DNA of 64,000 bases. Origin: a phage. The DNA lies in the sequence record PQ478073.1; one strand, given 5' to 3'. Positions 38,601 through 47,881 of the stretch are shown here, piece by piece. The notes under the pieces are model-generated. The model ran no database searches and had not been told where the DNA came from. It saw only the letters and a program-made list of their open reading frames with translations. Each line of letters starts with the position of its first letter. The first letter of the stretch is position 1. Position numbers and translations under genes: made by a program.

Positions 38601-41186
38601 ATTCAAATTAGTAATATTCGCAGTAGTAGAACCTAGAGTTGCAATTGTCGCATCAGTACTTTGTAGTTTAGGTAGAACACTACTAATAGTTGATTCATTA
38701 CTAACGATTGCACCAGTACTGGTTAGAGATTTAACTGTTACATCAGCAGCAGTTAGGTCTACTGTACCGTTAACGGTTAAGTTTCCACCAATTGTTGCAC
38801 CAGCAGTTGTTGTGATTGATTTAGCGTTAACATCAGTTGATGCTAGGTCGATAGATCCAGGAATCACAGCACCACTAACAGTTAAGTCACCAGTGATAGA
38901 AGTATTATTACCAATTGTAACACCAGTTACATTGGAAATAGATGGAGTAACTAGAGATGCAGTTGTTGTTTCACCACTTACATTTAAAGTTGTTCCGACT
39001 ACAACATCAGCACTTGTACGAACAGATGCTAGATTAGATGGACCTGTTACCGCAAGTTCAGTTGCATTAACAGTATTAATTGTTGCAGTAGTACTATTAA
39101 GTACTGGTAAAACGTTGGCATTAACCAAATCATTACTTTTAACAATACCAGAAGTTGTTACAGATTTAACGTTAAGATCAGCGGCTGATAAATCAAATGA
39201 CCCTTGAACAACTAAATCACCACCAATTGTTGCACCAGCAGTTGTTGTAATAGAGTTTGCATTAATATCAGTAGTGCTTAGATCTAAAGAACCTACAGTC
39301 AAACTACCAGTAATATCAACGTTTTCAGTAAAGTTAGTATTTCCAGTAATAGTTGGAGCAGAAAGACTTGTAGCACTAATAGTTGTACCATTAATAGTTC
39401 CACCACTTAGTGTACCACTTGCAGTAATAGTTGGAGCACTTACTTCAGTGGAAGCAGTAATAGATGGTGCAGATACAGATGTTGTACCAGTAATAACACC
39501 AGCATTAATAGAACCAGCAGATAATGCACCAGATAGATTTGCAGTAGTACCTGCAATATCACCAGTAACGGTTAGTTTAGCACCTACGGTAGTATTTCCA
39601 GTACTTTCAAGAGTTGCACCTTTCACGTTTGCAGCAGCTACAACAGAGTTAGGAGTTAAGTTTTGACCACTAACATCAACAGTTAGGCCAGTAACAGTAC
39701 CAGTGAAATCAACATCATTAAGAATAGTTTTACCACCAACTTGTAGGAATGGTGTACCTGGGGCTTGTGTTTCATTACCAGTGATAGTTAGGTAATCTAG
39801 TTTGTTAAGACCGTTACCAGTAATACCATAGGTAGATAGTGAAGCATTACCAAAAGTTGCGGTTTTTAGAACATTCAATGTTGCAGGTGAAACAACTTCT
39901 GATTGAACTTCGTTAGGTAAAATAACAGTTGGGCGTTGGCCTGGTGCTGTATATCCAAATCCTAATTTAACTGCTGCATCTTGACTGTTTTGACCCAAGC
40001 TAATGGATTTGAAAGAAGCAGTACTATTAAAGCCAGTGATATTTGAACCTAAAGTTACTGCACCAGTTAGTGAAGATGTACCAGTAACATTCAATGAAAC
40101 TGCATTAATATCGTCAAGTTGGAATGTACCACCAAGTAGACCAGAAACGTTAATGTTATTAAAGTTTGCGGTTCCTGTACTTTCAATATTAGGAATAGTT
40201 GCTGTGCCAGTAACTTCAAAGTCAGCAACTTTGGTTTTACCCTTTTGAACTTCCAATAGTGGGGTGTCTGGGGATTGAGTATTGTTACCAGATACAGTTA
40301 GGTAATCTAGTTTGTTAAGACCATTACCTGTAATACCATAAGAAGAAAGAGAAGCGTTACCAAATGTTGCAGATGTCAAAACTGTTAAATTTGCAGGTGA
40401 CATTAATTCAGATTGAATTTCGTTTTGAAGAACTACAGTAGGACGTTTACCTGGAGCACTGTAAGGGAAGCTTAGTCTGAAGGTTTGAGATTCAGAGTTA
40501 GAACCAATACGAATATCTTTGAATGTAGCAGTACTGTTAATACCAGTTACGTTTGCACCAAAAGTTACTGCACCTTGTTGGTTAGATGCACCAGAAACGT
40601 TCAATGTTACTGCATTCAAATCTGATAGATTAAATTGTCCACCAAGTGTACCACTAATAGTTACATCGTTAAATGTAGCAGTACCAGTACTACTAATATT
40701 GGTTGTACTTACATTAGTAATTTCTGCGGTATTAGCAGTAATTTTATCAAATGCAGCAGTAGTACCAACATCAGCAGTAATATTACCTTTAAATGCTGTT
40801 GTTTCAGCAACTTCTAAGTTTTTAACTTTAGTTGCTTGTAGAGTGGTTGTACCAGCAGTTTGTGTAAAATCAGAACCAACTGATACAGTACCGTTAAAGG
40901 TAGCGTTTGAATTAATTGTTGCTGTATCAGACCCGACAACTGCACTACCGATTGTAGTATTACCCTCAACACCAAGACCACCAGAAAGTGTTGCTTTGCC
41001 ACCAACATCTAAAGTAGATGTAATGTTGGCAGTTGATGATTCAATGGCAGTAAAAGTTGCATTTGCAAAAGTTACAGTACCATTTACAGTTAGGTTATTA
41101 TTGAAAACAGCATTTCCTTTGACTAAAAGATCCTTACCAACCGTACCAGCACCAGTAATATCTAAGTCAGTTTTTATTGAGTACAT
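35661..41186 (-). CDS. giant repetitive tail fibre-like protein (1841 aa)
   Basis: ORF track; Thr/Gly/Ser/Ala/Val-rich with tandem repeats of about 170 and about 150 aa; SD ggaggg. Confidence 0.65.
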   Translation of the reverse strand: MYSIKTDLDITGAGTVGKDLLVKGNAVFNNNLTVNGTVTFANATFTAIESSTANITSTLDVGGKATLSGGLGVEGNTTIGSAVVGSDTATINSNATFNGTVSVGSDFTQTAGTTTLQATKVKNLEVAETTAFKGNITADVGTTAAFDKITANTAEITNVSTTNISSTGTATFNDVTISGTLGGQFNLSDLNAVTLNVSGASNQQGAVTFGANVTGINSTATFKDIRIGSNSESQTFRLSFPYSAPGKRPTVVLQNEIQSELMSPANLTVLTSATFGNASLSSYGITGNGLNKLDYLTVSGNNTQSPDTPLLEVQKGKTKVADFEVTGTATIPNIESTGTANFNNINVSGLLGGTFQLDDINAVSLNVTGTSSLTGAVTLGSNITGFNSTASFKSISLGQNSQDAAVKLGFGYTAPGQRPTVILPNEVQSEVVSPATLNVLKTATFGNASLSTYGITGNGLNKLDYLTITGNETQAPGTPFLQVGGKTILNDVDFTGTVTGLTVDVSGQNLTPNSVVAAANVKGATLESTGNTTVGAKLTVTGDIAGTTANLSGALSAGSINAGVITGTTSVSAPSITASTEVSAPTITASGTLSGGTINGTTISATSLSAPTITGNTNFTENVDITGSLTVGSLDLSTTDINANSITTTAGATIGGDLVVQGSFDLSAADLNVKSVTTSGIVKSNDLVNANVLPVLNSTTATINTVNATELAVTGPSNLASVRTSADVVVGTTLNVSGETTTASLVTPSISNVTGVTIGNNTSITGDLTVSGAVIPGSIDLASTDVNAKSITTTAGATIGGNLTVNGTVDLTAADVTVKSLTSTGAIVSNESTISSVLPKLQSTDATIATLGSTTANITNLNVTGATSVADVTSSGKVTAVSIEVPTIGNTAGVSIANNTSITGDLTVSGTVTPGAIDLTTTDVNAKSITTTAGANIGGDLVVSGTVDLSAADVSVKSLTSAGIITVSSAEGVNLLPKVQSTDITATTVNATTAVVSGDVSAANANISGAVNGASATLSGVGTALNVTNNATVGGALTVGSLTSAAESVSITKNTAITGDLAVSGTLTAGVIDLSTTDVSVKSLNSLGNATVNGDLTVTGSINLSSSNIVGVTLESTGSTTVGTDLILTTGNVTGSPIISGNLSVTGTSTLSGATTVSNTLNTAGKLTVNAGGIQVVTGGIQVDAGTIAAPSANISDTATLNSAVVTTTLGVTGAASMNGGLTASTLAVTGDSTVQKLTVKGEFIPEGGLNLAGADLNVNSVTAATTLAVTGASTLTGGVSTSTITASGKATAQEVSTGTLGVTTDATVGGTLGVTGKATVGSLDSGAVSATSGTFSTTLDVTGAATFGNNVNITGTLTPGALDLASTDVVANSLSVATTLHSDGNATVGGTLGVTGAATAPSITLNGEGTALAVTNNATVGGTLGVVGEATLGSLTTSGAVKTGANVVIGTKIGDQPETVQIFPNTYIAGSLRVDGGINADIDVSGQTIEPYAVVAADTISAAGNITSGAELISKSATIGDVGSQNNNLTINGNVVNNGNFTVTGVLNATLNQANSDVAVKSLTATNSVAAGTSITAGTSITATGLLKGNTLEVTTTGSFGGAVTMSSGANITGTVGITSGNLTVGGDISATGTATLAATSVTTITTSGAATLASASVTGAATVGGTLTVTGLMTANGSVVLGDAAADTLTVNATSSFKENAVFDKNVTVTGQLTTTNADLTTTTVTTKKYDVIPNQVTSSVIAPTGTWTPDGTSNVYFITLDQDTTLAPITGLIGGGKASSVYIYVKQDATGNRNFTTDGTYAVVDGTLNKTANSVTIYQVIYDGVSPVVDMFIAQRTA
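37850..39340 (-). repeat. intragenic tandem repeats, 3-4 units of about 0.42-0.45 kb
   Basis: Protein repeat IDL[AST]TTDVNAKSITTTAGA[TN]IGG[DN]L.V.GTVDL[ST]AADV.VKSLTS.G recurs; matching DNA strings near 38401 and 38815. Confidence 0.6.
39700..40700 (-). repeat. intragenic tandem duplication, 2 units of about 512 nt
   Basis: gttaggtaatctagtttgttaagacc at 39785 and 40297; encodes two 170-aa repeats (TATFNDVTISG... and TANFNNINVSG...). Confidence 0.65.
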
Positions 41187-41282
41187 TTATACCCTCCATT
41201 ATAACCTTGTTAATATGTATATATTTAGTTTTATTATGCTGTTATCCAACAATTAATACATTATTTGACAAAAGCAAATATA

Positions 41283-41320
41283 ATAAAAAAACCAGACTTA
41301 TTTAGAACAAAGTCTGGTTA
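41283..41320 (-). terminator. rho-independent terminator
   Basis: aaccagact / 12-nt loop / agtctggtt hairpin with U-run on the minus strand (A-run 41284-41290). Confidence 0.65.
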
Positions 41321-41325
41321 ATTTT

Positions 41326-42222
41326 TTACTTACCGGAGATAACAATCTTACCACTGAAAGAAATATCAGAAGTGAAGATTACATCACCAGTACTACTAAT
41401 TTGTGTATCAGTCACTACCAACTCGAATGGAGATGACGCAACACTCCCAGGTGTTTTATTTGCATAAATTGAAATATACAAATTATCTGGGGTTTGATTG
41501 TGTTCGGATGCTGGAATAGTGATTGTGAAATCACCAGCACTAGAAACCCAATCTGCTTGGTTTACTAATTTACTATAAGGTACTGTCATTGTGGTTGCTC
41601 CTATAATGTTTACTTTAACACTTGCATAATCTGTGATTTGACCAATCACATCAATTGTTATATCCCCAATACCACTAACTGTTACTGTGGTTTGGAATAC
41701 TGATTCCAATGCAACATTACCTGGGTCACCTTGTAGTTGAATCATAATATCAGAACCTCTACCATGAACTGATTCTGGTAGTGTGTAAGTATAATGATCA
41801 GTAGTATCTGGTACTAATGTAAATGCAGAAACAGGAACTATTTCAGTAGTTACATATGAGCTATCAGTTCCAGGTGAGCTACCTTTAAATGGTTTCCAAA
41901 TACCAAGATCTTTAATATAAATTTGAAGAACATTAGTACTATCAACCAAAAAGTAAACGTCACCATCTAGACCAATAGAATCGGATGGTGCTGTTGTTCC
42001 ACGTAAGATACCAGAACTACCACCACCACTGTGTGCGTTTAAATATCCCAATGTAACCAAGTGTGTGTTTGCAGTTGGTTCACCTGCTGAAATTGGAAGA
42101 AGTTGTGTTCCTGAGTAGTTTTGAATTTGCACAACACTACCATTTGTGGTAATCTGTGCACCATTCTTCCCAAGAATGAAGGACTTCTTCATGGTTCCTT
42201 CTAAATTAGAAAAAACTGCCAT
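41326..42222 (-). CDS. tail fibre/spike protein with conserved N-terminal anchor (298 aa)
   Basis: AAGGAG SD; N-terminus MAVFSNLEGTMKKSFILGKNG shared with 42239..44380. Confidence 0.55.
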   Translation of the reverse strand: MAVFSNLEGTMKKSFILGKNGAQITTNGSVVQIQNYSGTQLLPISAGEPTANTHLVTLGYLNAHSGGGSSGILRGTTAPSDSIGLDGDVYFLVDSTNVLQIYIKDLGIWKPFKGSSPGTDSSYVTTEIVPVSAFTLVPDTTDHYTYTLPESVHGRGSDIMIQLQGDPGNVALESVFQTTVTVSGIGDITIDVIGQITDYASVKVNIIGATTMTVPYSKLVNQADWVSSAGDFTITIPASEHNQTPDNLYISIYANKTPGSVASSPFELVVTDTQISSTGDVIFTSDISFSGKIVISGK

Positions 42223-42238
42223 TTTAATATAATCTCCT

Positions 42239-44380
42239 TTATGGTAGGGTTATGTAAGTTACGGGTTGGGCGGCTTTTAATGCTGCACCAGCGGCAGTTG
42301 CTGTTATGATAGGATCTGCAATATCAATTCTATATACGTTGTTTACAACATACACTGCACGAGTTATATACGTTCTCAAATCACCACCATTTTCACCAGC
42401 ACCAGATATAATAATCTCAGTACCAGCAGCTTTTGCATATTGGTTTTCACCCCATGACACACCCAATGCTTCTATATATGTTTGTCCTACTACGGTTTGT
42501 CTAATAGTGTCGTATTTTCCGAAAAAAGAACCACCAACGGTCACAATATATTTTCCACCAGATTGCTTATGTATAATAGTACCTTCTGGGAAATAACGAC
42601 CACCCGGAAAAGTGTCGTAGGGAATATAATATTGTTCAACTACTGGTATCAGTACTGGGCCACGGTGACCTGTACCATCGATTGCAGTTGTAACTTTAAA
42701 GTTATTAGATGATTGGTCTATTCTGTCTACATACATTTTAGAAAAACTATATTTTGAAACATTACAATCATCTTGAACAACACAGTTAGTCCAATTAGTA
42801 TAAGTATATTTAGAGCGAGTATAGATACCACCACCTTCGCCTTCTGTAGAGAGATGTTGACCAATTACATCTAATTCTTTAGTTCTAATATCACTAAATT
42901 TAGATGATGATGGCAAACCACGCCAAAGGATTTTAGAACAAGTGATATTGCTCAATTCTGTATTATTTAACCAATTATCAGAACCGGAAGTATAAACAAG
43001 TATAGAAGACTCAGGAATATAGAGATTAGAAATTTTAAAGTTTCTAGGTGGCCCAGCAAAACGACCAGAAGTTACACCCCAGTTTATTGAAACCATTCTA
43101 TTTGTGATAGAAGGATCATTAAGCAAATGACCAGTCAACCCATCAATAATGAATTCTTTAGAACCATAAGTTATAACACCAGCAGTGGTTAATCCAGTAC
43201 CGACAGAAACTAAAGATGATGGATAAACTTCATTATTAAGTATTTTAAAGTCCATGCCTAATTCAACGTGGATACATTGTCTAACATTATATAGTCTGTT
43301 ATTTTTAATAACAAAGTTTCTGACATATTGTGTATCTGGTGCATCTAAACCATAAGGACCAGAACCAGCAACACCAATACCAATACCCCAGTTTGAAAGT
43401 GGGATTGGAGCGTTAGAACCATCAACGTTTTCAATTATGTTCCCTTCAATAACAAAACCATCAGGATAGTGTGAGTTAATTACGTTTAGTTCAATTGCAT
43501 CACCATATATATCATGTATGTGGTTATATGAATATCTACCAACCTTCATTTTCTCACCAGTACCTTGTTGAAGAACACCATACTTACATTGGGTCATTTC
43601 ATTAAAGCAAAAATCTATTGTACCTGGTTGTGTCATGCCTTGCATTAAAAATGCAGCAGTACTTGTGATGTTTATAAATTTATTAAAATAAAACTTACCA
43701 TCGCCACCGAAGAATTTTAAATAACATCCAGTAAGTGTTGCAAATTGTATTTGGGAATTAATAACGGATACCATAGTACCACCGTTACCAGTAATAGTTC
43801 CCCCAAACCAAGTTACATCTTCCAGATATATTGCCGTTTTGATACGGTAATTACCACCAGCCTGAATTTGTATTTTATTTTCTTTAGCATACGCAGCACA
43901 TAAATTTACAGCAGCAGTGTCATCAGTTTCGCCATCACCTTTAGCACCAAATTCTTCTGGTGTTATATAAAACTGTGCCTGTTGAACTGTACCTCCAGTA
44001 ATAAGTCCGATGAAATCCCCACCATTTTTACTGGATAGAACTTTTTTATTAATGTATAATGATTTTACCCATGTACCATTGCTTTTTGCAAAAATATCAA
44101 CAATACCATCTTCATCAATTTGAAAATACGTATTATTGTTCTTTCCTATATCATCGGTAGGTGGTACAACACCAAATAATGCATTAGGGTTATCTTCAAG
44201 ATATTTTACGTTAACTGCTGAATTAGGATCAGATGAAGTTCCTACCTTCAGTGGTAGGAACTGTTCTCCTAGATAATCTTTTATAGAAACTGAATCATTG
44301 ATAAAATTTATTGAAGCACCTTTTTTCCCCAATATGAATTTGGGCTGCATAGTTCCTTCAAAATTAGAAAATACTGCCAT
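42239..44380 (-). CDS. tail spike protein, putative beta-helix (possible depolymerase), shared N-terminal anchor (713 aa)
   Basis: GGGAGGA SD; N-terminus MAVFSNFEGTMQPKFILGKKG; central region with repeated short beta-strand/Gly-Asn turns typical of right-handed beta-helix. Confidence 0.5.
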   Translation of the reverse strand: MAVFSNFEGTMQPKFILGKKGASINFINDSVSIKDYLGEQFLPLKVGTSSDPNSAVNVKYLEDNPNALFGVVPPTDDIGKNNNTYFQIDEDGIVDIFAKSNGTWVKSLYINKKVLSSKNGGDFIGLITGGTVQQAQFYITPEEFGAKGDGETDDTAAVNLCAAYAKENKIQIQAGGNYRIKTAIYLEDVTWFGGTITGNGGTMVSVINSQIQFATLTGCYLKFFGGDGKFYFNKFINITSTAAFLMQGMTQPGTIDFCFNEMTQCKYGVLQQGTGEKMKVGRYSYNHIHDIYGDAIELNVINSHYPDGFVIEGNIIENVDGSNAPIPLSNWGIGIGVAGSGPYGLDAPDTQYVRNFVIKNNRLYNVRQCIHVELGMDFKILNNEVYPSSLVSVGTGLTTAGVITYGSKEFIIDGLTGHLLNDPSITNRMVSINWGVTSGRFAGPPRNFKISNLYIPESSILVYTSGSDNWLNNTELSNITCSKILWRGLPSSSKFSDIRTKELDVIGQHLSTEGEGGGIYTRSKYTYTNWTNCVVQDDCNVSKYSFSKMYVDRIDQSSNNFKVTTAIDGTGHRGPVLIPVVEQYYIPYDTFPGGRYFPEGTIIHKQSGGKYIVTVGGSFFGKYDTIRQTVVGQTYIEALGVSWGENQYAKAAGTEIIISGAGENGGDLRTYITRAVYVVNNVYRIDIADPIITATAAGAALKAAQPVTYITLP

Positions 44381-44394
44381 TATGACATCCTCCC

Positions 44395-45510
44395 TTAAAT
44401 ATTATCTTGAATCGGTTGGATAGGAGCTTGCCATGAAAGAGTACAAATAATTTCCATTTTTCCATAAGGACTGTTGTTAACAGAATCGTTGAATACACAT
44501 GAAATAATTTCATCAACATCGGATGCTGCATGATTAGTTTCATTAACAATAAAACGCATCTGACGATTGATATCAAAGTAGGAAGTTGGTGCAATTACAG
44601 TCCCACCAATATCTTCTTGTGCTTCACCACCAAAACGTACAAACATATCAGTTACAGGAAGAGAATAAGGTTGTATAACGTTTACATCAATATTAGAAAC
44701 TACATATCCAGCAGGACACGTACCAATAACTAATAGTGCGTTAGTCCATGAGCTATCTATAGTATTTCTAATAGAAATTGTATCTTTACCTGGTGCACCT
44801 GGTTCGCCTTGTATACCTTGAATACCTTGCTGACCTTCTTTACCACGGAATAGAATACCATCACTCCACTCTTTTGAAGGAGGGGTAGTTGTAGTTACTT
44901 CATCAACATAATATAGTTTTCCATCAGTGTTGTTATAAAAACAATAATCAACTGGAAGATTTTCAATACTTGGAAATTGATCACCACTGCTATCAATATG
45001 GAAACGACCACGCGGACCTTGTTCACCACGGAAAGGGATACCATCACTCCAAGTGGCAGTTACACTTTGATAGAAATAAATCTTACCATCTTGAGTATTA
45101 TAAAATGTATAGTTATTAAAAAGACCAGTTGTTGGGAAAGTAGTTCCAGCACTATCAATGTGGAACGGCTTACCCGCTTCACCCGTATCACCTTTACCAA
45201 ACTCAACACTAATCCATGTACTTGTCGGATCTTGTGCATCATTTGATTTAAAGTATAGAGTACTGGTATTGTTAGCCAAGCTTAAGTAGCACCACCCAAG
45301 TGGTTCACCAACTTTAAATTGTTCGGAAGGAATTTCAAAACCAATCTCATTAGGATAAAAGTTTTTACCATTCTCGCCATTCTGTCCTACAACAAGACCT
45401 AAATCTTGAATTGTGTTATCTGCATAGGTTACAATTAAATGCCCAGCACCATTAATAACTAGACTTTTGATGCCGGAGTTATTACATGAACCATTAAATG
45501 AAATTGTCAT
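44395..45510 (-). CDS. tail fibre-like protein with collagen-like G-X-Y triplets (about 371 aa)
   Basis: ORF track frame; start placed at ATG 45510 (AAGGGA SD); GEQGPRG, GKEGQQGIQGIQGEPGAPGKD; internal repeated FHIDS.G..FP motif. Confidence 0.5.
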   Translation of the reverse strand: MTISFNGSCNNSGIKSLVINGAGHLIVTYADNTIQDLGLVVGQNGENGKNFYPNEIGFEIPSEQFKVGEPLGWCYLSLANNTSTLYFKSNDAQDPTSTWISVEFGKGDTGEAGKPFHIDSAGTTFPTTGLFNNYTFYNTQDGKIYFYQSVTATWSDGIPFRGEQGPRGRFHIDSSGDQFPSIENLPVDYCFYNNTDGKLYYVDEVTTTTPPSKEWSDGILFRGKEGQQGIQGIQGEPGAPGKDTISIRNTIDSSWTNALLVIGTCPAGYVVSNIDVNVIQPYSLPVTDMFVRFGGEAQEDIGGTVIAPTSYFDINRQMRFIVNETNHAASDVDEIISCVFNDSVNNSPYGKMEIICTLSWQAPIQPIQDNI

Positions 45511-45620
45511 AATATTTCCCTTGTATGAGTTAATGTCATATACCAATATTTATCAGTACAAAATACATTTCGTTATCATTAATAAATAAATGAAAGTTCA
45601 CTACTAAAAGGGCTTAAACA

Positions 45621-46118
45621 ATGGCATTAAGATCAAAAGACTTTCTCTTCAGAAGAAAAACAAAAGATGGTTCATGGCAAGATTTTCCTGAATCTGATAG
45701 CTGGTATCCAGCTAACTTGGATTATCACTGGAATGAACAAACGTTACCACTCGCAAGTGGTGGCTACTATGGCTGTACTACAGGTTTACATACTATTTCA
45801 TTTACACTACGTAATTTTATTGGTAGAATTTATGTATTAGCTACATTAGCTAGTAATCCTACTGATGATGATTGGTTTCCAATTAAATTCACTGAAAGTT
45901 GTAATTATTATCTTGAATTTACTGATATGGTTATTTTAAATCCAAATGGTGGGGATTTAATTAGACAACAAGGAACTACCGGAACATTTGCTGAAACAGT
46001 AACTGGTAATTTTACTTACCTTAAAGTTGGTATAGACCGTGATTATATTAGTAAGTATCCATCAGATGTCCAAAAAAGTTTAGCTGGGAAGTTAGAACAA
46101 ATTTTAATTAACTACTAA
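45621..46118 (+). CDS. hypothetical protein (165 aa)
   Basis: ORF track. Confidence 0.5.
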   Translation: MALRSKDFLFRRKTKDGSWQDFPESDSWYPANLDYHWNEQTLPLASGGYYGCTTGLHTISFTLRNFIGRIYVLATLASNPTDDDWFPIKFTESCNYYLEFTDMVILNPNGGDLIRQQGTTGTFAETVTGNFTYLKVGIDRDYISKYPSDVQKSLAGKLEQILINY

Positions 46119-46127
46119 GGATTAGAA

Positions 46128-46736
46128 ATGAAATTAGAAACAGAACAACCAAAACTATTTGTTAAAGGTCATGTCCTAATTACTGACGTTACTGATCCAT
46201 CAAATCAAAAAATCGTTTTAGATAAATCTAACGCTATTCACCCTGAAAATATGAGTACTGCCATTGCTAATGCGTTAGCATATAATCAAGACAGTACTGG
46301 TATTCCTATTGGTTCTATTAGCGAGATGCGTTTTGGTAATGGTGGTACAGTAGTTTTAAGTACTGGTCGTGTTACTTATAAAAAACCACGTGTTACATCA
46401 TTCGGTGGTTTGTATTCACAAACATATTTGAAAAAAATCAACCCACGAATTACGGCAGGTATTGATTCACAATACAATAATATTACAACTGTACATATAC
46501 CAGGACAGTCCTATACTGATATTGTATGTATTTGTACTCTAGGGTTAGGTGAACCATCCGACCAAGGTGTAAGCTCAGGGACAAGCATGGATGGAACTTA
46601 TGTATTTGATGAATTGGGATTGTACACGGATGGCGATAGTGGTATTCCTTTAACCCATATCATTTTTCACCCAGTTGAGAAAAGTGCAAACCGTGTCTTA
46701 CAAATTAAATACACAGTTCGTGTACAATTACAATAA
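46128..46736 (+). CDS. hypothetical protein (202 aa)
   Basis: ORF track. Confidence 0.5.
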   Translation: MKLETEQPKLFVKGHVLITDVTDPSNQKIVLDKSNAIHPENMSTAIANALAYNQDSTGIPIGSISEMRFGNGGTVVLSTGRVTYKKPRVTSFGGLYSQTYLKKINPRITAGIDSQYNNITTVHIPGQSYTDIVCICTLGLGEPSDQGVSSGTSMDGTYVFDELGLYTDGDSGIPLTHIIFHPVEKSANRVLQIKYTVRVQLQ

Positions 46737-46748
46737 TGGGGACATATA

Positions 46749-47849
46749 ATGAGTGTTAATTATACAATTTATAGAAGTAATGGTAGTGTTTATGCTACCA
46801 TTCCAAATAATGTTATTTTAGGACCAAACCAACCCGGAAGTAACCCAGTTCCGTTAAATTTAGTTGGTAGAAATAAAGTAAGTTACGGTCAAGCATGGAA
46901 TGAAAACTTTTTACATTTAGTTGAAAATTTCAGTTCAGCATCTGCACCACGTGGCAACGTCAATGGTCAACTTTGGTATAGAAACACTGGTAGTACTGGT
47001 GAGTTATTGATATCATTAGTTGATAATGCTAGACAACCTGCTGATATGGTAAGTGAAGCTGAATGGGCGTCTATCCCTATGATTACTGTTTTTAACACAG
47101 TACCTGATGGTGAAAATAGTGTTATGGGTCGTATGGTATTAACTAGTAACGGTGATTCTCTTCGTGTGTTAATGAAAAACAAAGAATGGCGTGAAATTCA
47201 AACATCTAGACCAGAAAACAAAGAGTATTCATCATTATTAGATATTAACTATGATAATGGTAAAAAATATATAGAGTTCACACAAAGTAATAGTACTAAA
47301 CCGATTGCGTATTTTAACTTAGGTGGTACTTCACAAGTAGATACAAATAACTGGACAACATTAACTAATGGTACAGGTGTCTTTGAATTTGGTAGCAACT
47401 ATTTCTATGAATTAAAAATTATGATTAGAGAAGTAAATGATTCTTCTGGTGAGATAGTTTCTCTTCCATACAATTCCAAAACCTTTTTTATAAAAGGGCA
47501 ATTTTATGTAGATAATCAAGGAACTTTTGTTCCTGGTTCGGTGGGGGCAAGTCAAATGCCAGACCCACGTAGGATTACACAATTAGAATCCATTAAAGAT
47601 GTTATTACCAGTAGTCGCCCAAACTGGGACGTAAATATTGTTATTAATGGTGTAGATCCATCTATCCCAAATCCTAATGGAACATCTAAAGCTGATTATG
47701 AAAATTGGGTTATCAATTCTCTAAACTCAAATAAAAATTTAGGTTTTCGAGTTGATGGTAGTATTAGTAATCTAACTGCTGGTGAATCCGTTAAACTACA
47801 AGCATCCGTGTTGTTAAATATTACAGGTATTCCGATTATTGGAGTATAA
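46749..47849 (+). CDS. hypothetical protein (366 aa), possibly structural
   Basis: ORF track. Confidence 0.5.
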   Translation: MSVNYTIYRSNGSVYATIPNNVILGPNQPGSNPVPLNLVGRNKVSYGQAWNENFLHLVENFSSASAPRGNVNGQLWYRNTGSTGELLISLVDNARQPADMVSEAEWASIPMITVFNTVPDGENSVMGRMVLTSNGDSLRVLMKNKEWREIQTSRPENKEYSSLLDINYDNGKKYIEFTQSNSTKPIAYFNLGGTSQVDTNNWTTLTNGTGVFEFGSNYFYELKIMIREVNDSSGEIVSLPYNSKTFFIKGQFYVDNQGTFVPGSVGASQMPDPRRITQLESIKDVITSSRPNWDVNIVINGVDPSIPNPNGTSKADYENWVINSLNSNKNLGFRVDGSISNLTAGESVKLQASVLLNITGIPIIGV

Positions 47850-47880
47850 AAAAAAAAGGAGCCACACGGCTCCTTTTTGT
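47849..47880. terminator. bidirectional rho-independent terminator
   Basis: A-run, ggagcc / acac / ggctcc hairpin, T-run, between convergent genes. Confidence 0.75.
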
Positions 47881-47881
47881 T

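Noticed and set aside
36067-41256. Long plus-strand ORFs (219, 111, 93, 507, 130, 81, 245 aa) antisense to the 1841-aa fibre gene
   Set aside because: They translate to Val/Thr/Ala/Pro-rich low-complexity sequence, lack SD sites and are explained by the repetitive codon composition of the fibre gene on the opposite strand
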